Of a stretch of 64,000 bases of DNA, positions 18,483 through 28,700 are shown in pieces (the first letter of the stretch is position 1; the number at the start of each line of letters is the position of its first letter). This DNA comes from Verrucomicrobiota bacterium. Its GTDB lineage: Bacteria; Verrucomicrobiota; Verrucomicrobiia; Limisphaerales; AAA164-E04. The stretch covers positions 3,904,001-3,968,000 of the forward strand of contig CP170459.1 of the NCBI GenBank assembly GCA_047947115.1. The letters are read 5' to 3'. A model generated the notes under the pieces. It searched no databases. It was not told where the DNA came from and saw only the letters and a list, made by a program, of their open reading frames with translations. The translations under genes were made by a program, and so were the position numbers.

Positions 18483-20348
18483 TTGAATGCGATGTTTATG
18501 TTTCGATCAGCTAATTCAGAGATGCTTCAAGGCGGAGTAAGGATTCTGCGTCATTCGAATTCATCCGGGATGGTGTTGTTCAACGACCCTCTTTGGAAGG
18601 AGTGGCGGAACCTGATCATATGCCTGATGTTGATGTGCCTGGCTGGTGGAAGCCATGCTTTGGCTGCTCAGATCGGGGCGGTGGTTTCGCCTAACCCGGT
18701 GGCTGCGGGTGAGTCAACGGTGTACCAACTTCAAATCGCCAACGCCAAAGCCGATCAATTGCCTGAATTTCCGGATATCGATGGATTGGAAGTCAGTTAT
18801 GCCGGACAGAGCTCCAACTCCAGGACCGTCTTTTCGGGAGGACGCATGCAGGCGTTCAATACATTGATCTACCAATGGCGTATCGTACCGCAGAAGGAGG
18901 GGGTTTATCTGATCCCGCCACTTGAGGTGGTGGTGGATGGCATTAAGCAGCAGACAAGTTCTGTTCAACTGCGCGTTTCCAAGGCGGTTGATTACAGTCA
19001 ATACGCGTTTATTCAAATGAATCTTCCCAAGAAGCAGTTTTATGAAGGAGAACCTTTTGCCTTTTCCATTGATCTCTATGAATTGAACGCAAACGTCCAG
19101 CAGGCTCCTGACCTGGTTTCCGACGGATTTGTTGTGGAACGGATTTCTGATAACCTGCGCCAGACCCGGCAGGTGATCAATGGCAGGACCTATAATGTGT
19201 GGAGTCTCGATTATATCGCACGTCCTGTTCGTAATGGAGAGCTTCAGTTGGGACCAGTCAGTTGGCCTGCCAGTCTGGTGTTTCGTCAGCAGTCGAGATC
19301 TCGAGGGATCTTTGATTCTTTCTTTGACGATTTTAACGCCAAACGTCGGGATGTGACCTTGACGGCTGAGGGTGAAAGCCTGAAAATCCTTTCGCTCCCC
19401 GCTGAGAATCGACCGGACTCATTTAATGGCGCGATTGGGAACTACACAATGGATGTCAACGCCACCCCCACCGAACTCACCACAGGCGACCCCTTGACCA
19501 TTACCATTCGCATCAGTGGAACCGGTCCGTTGGATGCGGTTCCCATGCCTCCCATCGACCATTGGGAGGGATTCAAAACGTATCCACCCAATGCCACGAC
19601 GGAAGCTGTGGATAAAACTGGCTTGAAGGGAGTTCGTATTTTTGAACAAGTGATTATCCCTCAAAGCAGCGACATCAAAGAACTGCCCGCCTTGGAGTTT
19701 TCCTATTTCGATACGACCAAAAGCATTTACGAAACTCTCACGGAACCTGCCATTCCATTGATGATCAAGGCCAACCCCAATGCTCCTTCCATGCCCACAC
19801 AATCCCTGGAGATTACCGGTGAATCCGGCCTGCCAAAGCCAAAGGCCAAGGATGTGGTGCCGATCAAACCCTTTTTGGGAAACGTGGTGATCAGTCAAAC
19901 GCCTTGGTTGATGAACCCCGGTTTTTATTGGCTGCAGTTGACGCCACTGGCTTTGTTGGGTGTGGCCTGGGGGATCCGGCAGTTGAGTGACAAATCCAGT
20001 AAGGATGTCCATGGACGCCGCAAACGGAAGGCCGATCAGTTTATTAAATCGAAACTGCCCGAACTGGACCGTCTGGCTCAGTCCAATGACAGCGACGCCT
20101 TTTTCGAATTGATGTTCAGATTGATCCAGGAACGGCTCGGACAATGCCTGGACCAACCGGCCAGTTCCATTACCGAATCGGTTCTGGAACAGGCTGACAA
20201 AATCCAGGGACTGACGGAAGAGGATGTCGAGCAGTTGCATGCTCTGTTCCAGGCCTGCAATCAGGCACGCTACGCACCGGTTCGATCCTCCGAAGCGTTG
20301 GCTGAATTCGCTGGAAAATGCCGTTCTTTGGTGACCCGAATCGGTTGA
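18483..20348 (+). CDS. batD: BatD-family protein
   Basis: Ig-like repeats, LPAENRPDSFNGAIG, GDPLTITIRISGTG, FKTYP, FSYFD, late TM helix. True start is probably downstream of 18483. Confidence 0.85.
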   Translation: MNAMFMFRSANSEMLQGGVRILRHSNSSGMVLFNDPLWKEWRNLIICLMLMCLAGGSHALAAQIGAVVSPNPVAAGESTVYQLQIANAKADQLPEFPDIDGLEVSYAGQSSNSRTVFSGGRMQAFNTLIYQWRIVPQKEGVYLIPPLEVVVDGIKQQTSSVQLRVSKAVDYSQYAFIQMNLPKKQFYEGEPFAFSIDLYELNANVQQAPDLVSDGFVVERISDNLRQTRQVINGRTYNVWSLDYIARPVRNGELQLGPVSWPASLVFRQQSRSRGIFDSFFDDFNAKRRDVTLTAEGESLKILSLPAENRPDSFNGAIGNYTMDVNATPTELTTGDPLTITIRISGTGPLDAVPMPPIDHWEGFKTYPPNATTEAVDKTGLKGVRIFEQVIIPQSSDIKELPALEFSYFDTTKSIYETLTEPAIPLMIKANPNAPSMPTQSLEITGESGLPKPKAKDVVPIKPFLGNVVISQTPWLMNPGFYWLQLTPLALLGVAWGIRQLSDKSSKDVHGRRKRKADQFIKSKLPELDRLAQSNDSDAFFELMFRLIQERLGQCLDQPASSITESVLEQADKIQGLTEEDVEQLHALFQACNQARYAPVRSSEALAEFAGKCRSLVTRIG

Positions 20349-20360
20349 TTGGTTGAAATT

Positions 20361-21359
20361 ATGATGATCAAGTTTGTCAAAATATGGGGTGACCCCATCA
20401 AGGTTTGGGCAATCTGCGTCTGCCTGATTGGATCAAGTGGTGCGGTGGCCCAGCAAGAGCCGGTGTCCCGGGCGACATCCGAAGATGTTGAGGCGGAAGA
20501 TCCGGTAGCCCGGTCATATCGACAATTGCTTGAACTCGATGATGCGGCCTTGACCGAAGTGGATGAGTGGATTCGCAAGGCCAATCAGACTCAGGACGGT
20601 GTCAACGATCCTTCGCTGATCAACCTTCCCGCCAAGATCGAGCAACGTCTGAAACCCGTTCGTAAAGCTTACGATGAATTTATTGAAAAGCATCCCGAAC
20701 ATGTGGGAGTGCGTTTGGCTTATGCCAGTTTTTTGACGGATAGGGGAGATGAAATGGCTGCAGTCCCGCACTTGACCAAAGCCACTGAATTGGATCCCGA
20801 TAATCCCGCTGCATGGAATAATCTGGGCAATCACTATGGTCACATGGGACCGGTGAAGAAAGCCTTTGAATGCTACCAGAAAGCCATTCAATTAAACCCT
20901 GATGCCGCCGTTTATTACCATAACTATGGAACCACGGTCTATTTGTTCAGAAAGGATGCAAAAGAACATTTCAGCATTTCGGAGGAGGAGGTGTTTGATA
21001 AGGCTCTGGAACTCTATGCCGTAGCACTTAAGAAAGACCCGAACAACTTTGATCTCGCAGAGGACATCGCCCAGACCTACTACGGCATTCGTACCCAAAC
21101 ACCTCCCAGAAAAATGGCACGTCCAAAAGAAGCGCTGGAGGCATGGGATTACGCCCTCAAGATTGCTCCCGGGGAAAATGAAAAGCAGGGGGTTTACATA
21201 CATCAAGCGCGCATATTACTGGGATTGGATCAAGTGGCTGAGGCGCGCCAAGCGTTGGACAAAGTGAACCTGCCTGTCTATCAAGGACTCAAAGAACGTA
21301 TTCTCGGCAATGTAAACGAACGGACGGACGAAATCCTTCCACCGGCCGTTTTGAGGTAG
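20361..21359 (+). CDS. Exported tetratricopeptide-repeat protein
   Basis: Signal peptide, then ELDPDNPAAWNNLG and AIQLNPDAAVYYHNYG TPR motifs. Confidence 0.8.
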   Translation: MMIKFVKIWGDPIKVWAICVCLIGSSGAVAQQEPVSRATSEDVEAEDPVARSYRQLLELDDAALTEVDEWIRKANQTQDGVNDPSLINLPAKIEQRLKPVRKAYDEFIEKHPEHVGVRLAYASFLTDRGDEMAAVPHLTKATELDPDNPAAWNNLGNHYGHMGPVKKAFECYQKAIQLNPDAAVYYHNYGTTVYLFRKDAKEHFSISEEEVFDKALELYAVALKKDPNNFDLAEDIAQTYYGIRTQTPPRKMARPKEALEAWDYALKIAPGENEKQGVYIHQARILLGLDQVAEARQALDKVNLPVYQGLKERILGNVNERTDEILPPAVLR

Positions 21360-21552
21360 CCCACCCCGGTGGGGTCCACAGCATCCGTATTCAAGAAAGA
21401 GCGAGAGAACCGTCTGGGAATTCCTTGCGATTTGCACACCTGCTTCCGGAGGATCGGCAACTTTTCCCTGCCTGCCCAAAACGTTACACTGTTCATTTGG
21501 TATTGTGCGTGTGGTTGGTTTCCCTTAGTTTTGCTGGATCAGGTTACATTTT

Positions 21553-22737
21553 ATGAAACGCACAAAAACCACCTTTCAGACCCTGCTGCGGGTTTGCACC
21601 TTGGCTGCCATTTCGCTGCTTGTTCAAACTGGCAATGCCGAATCGTTTAACAGCACTGAATTGTTGGAAAAAGCAGGTGACAACGCAGCTCAGATTCAGT
21701 CCGCACTGGACAAGACCCCAGCCTCTCAGCGGGAAGGGATGGAGTTTCTGTTGACCTACATGCCTGAACACGATTTGAAATCACTCTCCTCGGATTTTTT
21801 GGTGGAACATGTGGCTTATGCCTACAAGGCATGGCAGGAATCTCCCTGGAAATCGGAAGTGCCCAAGGATATTTTTCTGAACAACATTCTGCCTCACGTG
21901 AGTATCAATGAAAGACGTGATGCCTGGAGAAAGTCATTTTACGAACGTTTCAAACCGATGGTGGAAGGCATTACCTCTCCAGGGCTGGCGGCGGCGCGGT
22001 TGAATCAGAAAATATTTCCTCTGTTGGGTGTCAAATACTCAACCAAGCGCAAGAAAGCGGATCAAAGCCCTTTCGAAACCATGGAATCGGGTCTGGCCTC
22101 CTGCACCGGGCTGTCCATTCTGCTCATCGATGCCTGCCGTGCCGTGGGTATTCCGGCCCGGTTTGTCGGAACACCCCTTTGGTCGGACGGCAGCGGTAAT
22201 CATTCCTGGATCGAAGTGTGGGACAATGGCTGGCATTTCACCGGCGCAGCAGAACCTGCAGGCGACAATCTGGACCAGGCCTGGTTCATTGGTCGTGCGG
22301 CCAAGGCCGATCGTGAAAACCGACGTCACGCAATTTACGCGGTTTCCTATCAAAGCACGCCTCAACCCTTTCCGATGGTCTGGAAACGCGGCGCTGATTT
22401 TGTGTCCTCCGTCAATGTCACGGATCGTTACACCGACTTGGGCAAATCACTTCCGGATGGTTTCATCAACATGATGTTTAGGATTGTTGATGGGGTGTCC
22501 GGTGATCGCTGTTCGGCACCGCTTCAATTGCAGGACGACAAGGGACAGCTCGTCTTCGAAGGAGCTTCGAAGGATGAACGATTCGACTCCAATGATCATT
22601 TGACCGTTCCCGTCAAGGAAGGTGTCACCTACAAGTTGAAGGTGCCTTCCGAGTCCGGTCAGGAGATCATCCGGACCGTGAAAGCCGAATCAGATGGGCA
22701 GTTGGTGGATCTGAAACTTCCGGCCGAGAAGGAATGA
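21553..22737 (+). CDS. Exported transglutaminase-like domain protein
   Basis: Signal peptide; ASCTGLSILLIDACRAVGIPAR...NHSWIEVWDNGWHF (Cys/His motifs). Confidence 0.88.
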   Translation: MKRTKTTFQTLLRVCTLAAISLLVQTGNAESFNSTELLEKAGDNAAQIQSALDKTPASQREGMEFLLTYMPEHDLKSLSSDFLVEHVAYAYKAWQESPWKSEVPKDIFLNNILPHVSINERRDAWRKSFYERFKPMVEGITSPGLAAARLNQKIFPLLGVKYSTKRKKADQSPFETMESGLASCTGLSILLIDACRAVGIPARFVGTPLWSDGSGNHSWIEVWDNGWHFTGAAEPAGDNLDQAWFIGRAAKADRENRRHAIYAVSYQSTPQPFPMVWKRGADFVSSVNVTDRYTDLGKSLPDGFINMMFRIVDGVSGDRCSAPLQLQDDKGQLVFEGASKDERFDSNDHLTVPVKEGVTYKLKVPSESGQEIIRTVKAESDGQLVDLKLPAEKE

Positions 22738-22762
22738 CCGTTCAAATGTTGCTATCGATACC

Positions 22763-24013
22763 ATGAGTTTTTTAAGGATTTCTCTCTTCCTGCCGGCGAT
22801 CGTTGCATTGACCTCAGCCTGTGCCACGGGCGATACGTTCAATGAACAATCACAAATGGCGATCCATCATTTGGAAACAGCATTGAAACAGGAGACAGTG
22901 GATTGGCAGGTCGTGTCTGGATCAACCTATGCCACGGTGCCGCTTTCCGGCAATGACACCGAGCAGGCCATGAAATTGCTGGGCGAAGCCTATACAAGAC
23001 AATTGCGCTTGGAACGTCAGGCCGAGATGGATGCCCAGACCCTGAAGCATGGTGAATGGTCTATGCGCTTTTTCACGAAAGTGTTTGGCGAAGCTCCGGA
23101 AGGTGGGAGGAGCCTTTTCATTTCCATGCACGGAGGTGGCAATGCCCCGGCACGGGTCAACGACCGACAATGGGAAAACCAGAAGGGATTGTATGAGCCT
23201 GAAGAAGGTGTTTACGTGGCTCCTCGTGCCCCAACGGACACCTGGAACCTTTGGCATCAGGACCATATAGACTGGTTCTTCGAGCGGCTTATCCAGAACA
23301 TGATCGTTTTCCACCATGTGAACCCGAATCGTGTTTACCTGATGGGTTACTCCGCCGGTGGAGACGGGGTGTTTCAATTGGCTCCACGCATGGCCGATTA
23401 CTTCGGAGCCGCGGCCATGATGGCTGGGCATCCCAATGAAACCTCTCCTCTAGGGTTGAGGAATCTTCCATTCGCTTTGTTCATGGGGGGTAAAGATGCT
23501 GCTTATAAGAGGAATCAAGTGGCCGCCGAGTGGAAGGTCCAGTTGCAGGAACTTCAGTCCAAAGATCCCCAGGGATACACCCATTGGGTTGAGATCTTTC
23601 CGGATCATGCGCATTGGATGCAGAAGGATGATGCCGTCGGAGTTCCCTGGATGCATCAATACAACCGTCGGCAATATCCAGAACGCATCGTCTGGAAACA
23701 GGACGACGTTTGGCATGATCGGTTTTACTGGCTGAAGATTCCCGAAAGCGTCAAGAAGGATCGGGCGGAAACCATCGCGTCGGTCAACCAACAGACTTTT
23801 CATATCGACAAAGCTGAAACGGCCAAACTCAGTATTCTGCTGAATGACTCACTGGTGAATCTTGATCAACCCGTACGTGTCGTGCAGGGAGAGAGGGTCT
23901 TGTTTGAAGGCAAGGTAAGGAGAACCATTCAAAATCTGATCAGTTCACTGCTCGAACGAGGCGATCCTACCTACATGTTCAGCAGTGCCATTGAACTGGA
24001 ACTGGACGAATAG
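22763..24013 (+). CDS. Alpha/beta hydrolase (esterase-like) lipoprotein
   Basis: Lipobox LTSAC, SMHGGG oxyanion motif, NPNRVYLMGYSAGG nucleophile elbow, MGGKD, HAHWM. Confidence 0.82.
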   Translation: MSFLRISLFLPAIVALTSACATGDTFNEQSQMAIHHLETALKQETVDWQVVSGSTYATVPLSGNDTEQAMKLLGEAYTRQLRLERQAEMDAQTLKHGEWSMRFFTKVFGEAPEGGRSLFISMHGGGNAPARVNDRQWENQKGLYEPEEGVYVAPRAPTDTWNLWHQDHIDWFFERLIQNMIVFHHVNPNRVYLMGYSAGGDGVFQLAPRMADYFGAAAMMAGHPNETSPLGLRNLPFALFMGGKDAAYKRNQVAAEWKVQLQELQSKDPQGYTHWVEIFPDHAHWMQKDDAVGVPWMHQYNRRQYPERIVWKQDDVWHDRFYWLKIPESVKKDRAETIASVNQQTFHIDKAETAKLSILLNDSLVNLDQPVRVVQGERVLFEGKVRRTIQNLISSLLERGDPTYMFSSAIELELDE

Positions 24014-24026
24014 GATTCAGGTGCAC

Positions 24027-24581
24027 ATGGATAATTTGCAACATACCGTTGATGAGCTGAGACGCATGTCAGAAGCTGAGCTTGCCGGTGTTGGCGAGGA
24101 TAGCTTGAAAATGCGTCTGCACGAACAGGGGGAGGAAGCAAGGGGTAAGTATGGAAAACTATCCGCCGGAAATCTGGAGTCGTTTTTATCTGATCCTGAT
24201 TGCGTCCGTTACCCGACAAGGTTGGTTTTGGAATACGGAGAAATGGGGATGCATCAATTTGCCCATCCGGATCTCGATATCCGGGATGAATCCGGTCGCG
24301 GACGAGTGATATACATACGGCCCATGCTGGGGAAACGCCCTGACCTTTTGGCTCTGGCCGTTTCTTACGTGATTCCCGTGATTAACTATGGTGAAATCAT
24401 TGGAGATGAACACTGTCAGGTCTACGGAGCGTCTTTGATGAACATGAGCGAAGGGGAATATTATGACGCCATCTGTCATTTGGCTGATTTTGTAGGAGCG
24501 GAAGAGCGGTATGCTGAGGAGGAATCAGGCGCTTCATCTTCATGCGGCATGGGGGGCGGCTGTGGTTGTCACTCTGATTGA
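24027..24581 (+). CDS. Hypothetical protein with Cys-rich C-terminal tail
   Basis: Clean ORF 14 bp after the hydrolase stop, ending SSCGMGGGCGCHSD. Confidence 0.7.
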   Translation: MDNLQHTVDELRRMSEAELAGVGEDSLKMRLHEQGEEARGKYGKLSAGNLESFLSDPDCVRYPTRLVLEYGEMGMHQFAHPDLDIRDESGRGRVIYIRPMLGKRPDLLALAVSYVIPVINYGEIIGDEHCQVYGASLMNMSEGEYYDAICHLADFVGAEERYAEEESGASSSCGMGGGCGCHSD

Positions 24582-24638
24582 GCACTCTTTGACGCACAAC
24601 ATGTAAAGGACCATTACCAACAGAATTCACAATTGCCA

Positions 24639-25472
24639 ATGATTCGAGTCAGCACCATCAAAATGTTCGTTTTAAACAAAGTCAGTTTCGCCGTCTGGTT
24701 CGCGATCCTTTCGTTCTTCATCGACAGTCAATCCCAAGCAGACCAGGAGCAAAAGCCTGTATTGCTTTACAGCCGGTATTACAATGCGGAGGGGGAAACG
24801 CGATATCTTCCGGATGGAACTTATAGGGACATACTCGCTTCATTAGGTGAGGAATTTGACGTAAGAGTTCACCCCGAACGACCCAGTAAAAAGGTGTTGA
24901 AGGATGTGGATGTCATCCTGATCTCCAACCCCAGCCTGAACGCCGTCAATGATCATCCGGCCCCTGCACACCTGGATAAAACCGATCAGAAGGTGTTGCT
25001 CAAGTTTGTCAAGCAGGGCGGGGGGGTGATCGTGATGGGGAACCAGGAAAATCACAATCTGGAAACGGAAAACGTGAACCAGTACCTGTCACATTTCGGG
25101 ATGCGGTGGGCCGACGTTTATACGGATGCCAAGGGACTGGTCATTCCGGAAGAAACGCCTGTCGTCGGCGGATTGAAATGGGGGTACTATACGGGAAATC
25201 AGATTCAACTGACCCATGCCCGTGGGGTGCAACGATGGGCTGTTCTCAATGATTTGAACCAAGCCCCTCCAATAGGCAAACGCGATGCCGTGGGTGTGCT
25301 GCTGGCAGGGGCACAATATGGAAGAGGGCGATTGGTGGCGGTTACTGATTCGGGATGGATAATCAATTCGGTACTGGATGGGAAAGGTCTGGGAGGGGTT
25401 GTTATCCAGAATGATGATAATTTGGAAATGATGAAACGGCTCTGTCGTTGGGCGGCAGGAGAGTCAGAATAA
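24639..25472 (+). CDS. Exported class I glutamine-amidotransferase-fold / DUF4350-like protein
   Basis: Signal peptide; LKDVDVILISNP, LLKFVKQGGGVIVMG, YGRGRLVAVTDS, LCRWAA pattern. Confidence 0.6.
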   Translation: MIRVSTIKMFVLNKVSFAVWFAILSFFIDSQSQADQEQKPVLLYSRYYNAEGETRYLPDGTYRDILASLGEEFDVRVHPERPSKKVLKDVDVILISNPSLNAVNDHPAPAHLDKTDQKVLLKFVKQGGGVIVMGNQENHNLETENVNQYLSHFGMRWADVYTDAKGLVIPEETPVVGGLKWGYYTGNQIQLTHARGVQRWAVLNDLNQAPPIGKRDAVGVLLAGAQYGRGRLVAVTDSGWIINSVLDGKGLGGVVIQNDDNLEMMKRLCRWAAGESE

Positions 25473-25542
25473 TCCTTGTTTTTGATTGCAGATTGGGTTG
25501 CTTGGCGAAGTTTTTTCGAGTTGACCGAACTGATATTCAATC

Positions 25543-25752
25543 ATGCTTAAATTTTTAAAAACGAATTGGCCTTTGCTGTTACTGGCGTTGATCGCTTCCT
25601 TGATCATGGACAGGATCCTGGAAATCCGGAGAACCGACCTTCCGGGCATCAAACGGCTGGAGCAAGAAGAAGAAAACCGTAATCGTCCCACTCAATCAAC
25701 GCGCCCGCATGAAAAAGAATCGGGGGCGCGTCCACAACCTCCGTCTCAATAA
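25543..25752 (+). CDS. Small single-TM hypothetical protein
   Basis: NWPLLLLALIASLIM helix; ends 14 bp before the next start codon. Confidence 0.5.
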   Translation: MLKFLKTNWPLLLLALIASLIMDRILEIRRTDLPGIKRLEQEEENRNRPTQSTRPHEKESGARPQPPSQ

Positions 25753-25766
25753 ACCAGTCTTCGTTC

Positions 25767-28700
25767 ATGAATCAATCCATGCGTTTAGTCCTACCGGTTC
25801 AGTTTACTGGCTACAGTTTGCTGATTGCTTGTGCATCGTACTTTTCAACGATGGCATTGAGTGCAGCCGAAGACCCTTTCAGTGCGGGTGTCCGACCGAC
25901 CGACCCGTTGACACCCAAGCAGGAAAAAGCTGCTTTTCAATTGCCACCAGGTTTTGAAATAGAGCTCGTTGCATCAGAGCCGGACATCGCGAAACCCATG
26001 AACATGGCCTTTGATCATCAGGGCAGACTATGGGTAACGGATACCTTGGAATACCCGTTTCCCGTAACGTTGGATCAGGAAGGACGGGACTCGATCAAGG
26101 TCCTGAACGATACCAATGGCGACGGTCAATATGATGAGGTCACCACGTTTGCCAGCGGATTGAATATACCAATTGGATTGTATCCTTACAAAAACGGAGT
26201 ATTCGCGTGGAGTATTCCCAACATATGGTGGATTGAGGACACGGACGGTGATGGGAAAGCCGATAAGAAAGAAAGGCGATACGGTCCACTCGGATGGGAA
26301 CGGGACACGCATGGGATGAACTCTTCCTTCACGCGTGGGTTCGACGGGTGGATGTACGCGACACACGGATTCAACAACAACACCACTATCCGCGGTAGTG
26401 ATGGAAGTGAAATTGTCATGAACTCCGGCAACACCTATCGCGTTCGACTGGATGGAAGCCGTGTCGAACAGCACACGTTCGGGCAGGTGAACCCGTTCGG
26501 AATGTGCCTGGATCCGCTCGGTAACTTTTATACGGCCGATTGTCACAGCGCGCCTGTTTATCAGTTACTACGGGGCGCTTACTATCCGAGCTTCGGAAAG
26601 CCGCATGACGGATTGGGGTTTGCTCCGGCACTCATGACGCATGCACATGGATCCACCGCCATCTGCGGGATTGTCTTCTACGATGATGATCAATGGCCGA
26701 TGGAATATCGGGAAAATGTGTTCATCGGCAACGTGATGACCAGCCGTTTAAATCGCGATATCCTGCTTGCGAAAGGATCCTCCCGTCAGGCAGTGGAAAT
26801 GCCGGATCTGGTCAAGACCAGCGATCCCTGGTTTCGTCCCGTCAATCTTCAGCTGGGTCCGGATGGGTCACTTTACATAGCGGATTTTTACAACAAGATC
26901 ATCGGACATTACGAAGTGCCCCTGAAGCATCCCGAGCGAGATCGCGAACGGGGCCGCATCTGGAAGCTCACCTACAAAGGCGCTCCCGGCAGGACTGCCG
27001 ACGGGCATGGATTGTTAAACTTGACCACCATGCCGCTGGCCGGGGTGATCGAACAATTGGGGCATCCGAACATCACCCGACGTATGCTGGCGACCCACTA
27101 CCTTGCGGATCATCTGGGTGAAACTGCCGGTCGCAGATTGCGCCGCATGTGGAATCAGGGAGAGATGAAACAGTGGCGGCAGCGGGTGCATGCGCTCTGG
27201 GTAATGGAACGGTTGGGGATGGCGGGGAACGAGATCGTTGGCGACGCAGTGCATGATGCGTCCATGGAGGTGCGGACGCATGCGATGCATTTGTTGGCTG
27301 AAAGAAAACGTTGGTCTCCTGACCAGGATAACTGGGTGGTGCTGGCGTTGCAGGACGATGATACCAATGTGCAGCGCGCTGCGGCCGATGCATTGAGTCT
27401 GCATCCTTCGTTTGACCATATTCGTCCTTTGCTCAAAGTGCGCGAAACGCCTTCAATGGATGACCCTCAATGGCTCCACGGCATGCGTTTGGCTCTGCGG
27501 AATCAATTGAATGCTCCGCATGCCTGGCAGCGGGTGGCGCAATTACGTTGGACGGCCGATGAGCAGCAACGTCTGGCTGATGTGGCTCAGGCGGTTCAAC
27601 ACGAGGGAGCGGCTGATTATTTGATTCGATTAGCCTCAAACATGGATTTGAATGAGACTCTCTTGTTGAACGGGTTCAAACATGCCGCCCGCTATGCATC
27701 GGCTGCGGGGCTGGATCAACTGGGTGAATTGGTTCCCGTCAAATACAAGAGTGATCCCGACCTTCAATTGGAATTATTTCAATCCGTAAGACAAGGATTA
27801 CAGGCCAGGGGAGTTGAATTGACGCCTTCCATTCGACAGTGGGGTACTCATCTTGCCGAACAATTTCTGCAGGCAGACGAAGAAGGGCAGGGAGTCTGGA
27901 GTTTTCGTCCGATTCCCAAGCGGAAACGCACACCGAACCCCTGGTTCCTTCAAACTCGCTCCTCTGCGGATGGCGATGAAGCATCCGTCTTTCTCTGCAG
28001 TTTGCCTCCAGGCGGGGAAAGCTATACGGGCACCATGGAGTCTCCGGAGTTTGAAGCGCCAGGTCGGCTGGAATTCTATTTGGCCGGTCATGACGGATAC
28101 CCTGACCAACCACGGAAAAAGAAAAATGTCGTGCGTTTGCTGGATGTTCAGACGGGGCAGTTGTTGAAGCAGGCTTTTGCGCCACGCAATGACACCGCAC
28201 AACGTGTCGAATGGGATTTGAGCGATGTTCACGGAACACGGGTGAGGTTGGAAATTGTGGACGCCGATCGGGGTGATGCATATGCCTGGCTCGCCTTTGG
28301 GAGATTGAAACCCGAAATCATCCCGCTTCCCCATGCCTCTCCGAAAGATCTCGGTCAAAGGCTGTCGGTGGCAGCTCAACTTGCCGGGAATTTGAAGTTG
28401 AATCATTTGAAACCGATGCTGAAGGAATGGATCGTAGGAAACGCACCCGATTCAGAAGTGATGATCGCTGCAGCTCGAGCTTATTGTGCGATGAGTGACC
28501 CGAATCCGGCCGAGCGATTGATCGGTTTCCTTTCCAATGAAGAGATTCCAGAGGGAGCGAGACATCTCATTGCCAAGGCAATCACTGCTGAGGAAGGCCG
28601 GCATGTCTCGGAACATCTGGTTTCAATGGTGTCGATGTTGTCACTCAAACAACAGCAGGAGATGGTCAACGAAATGAGTACACGCCCGGATGCCGCCAGG

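Noticed and set aside
22700..22800. TGA readthrough or selenocysteine joining the transglutaminase and hydrolase
   Set aside because: The downstream gene is in a different frame and has its own lipobox.
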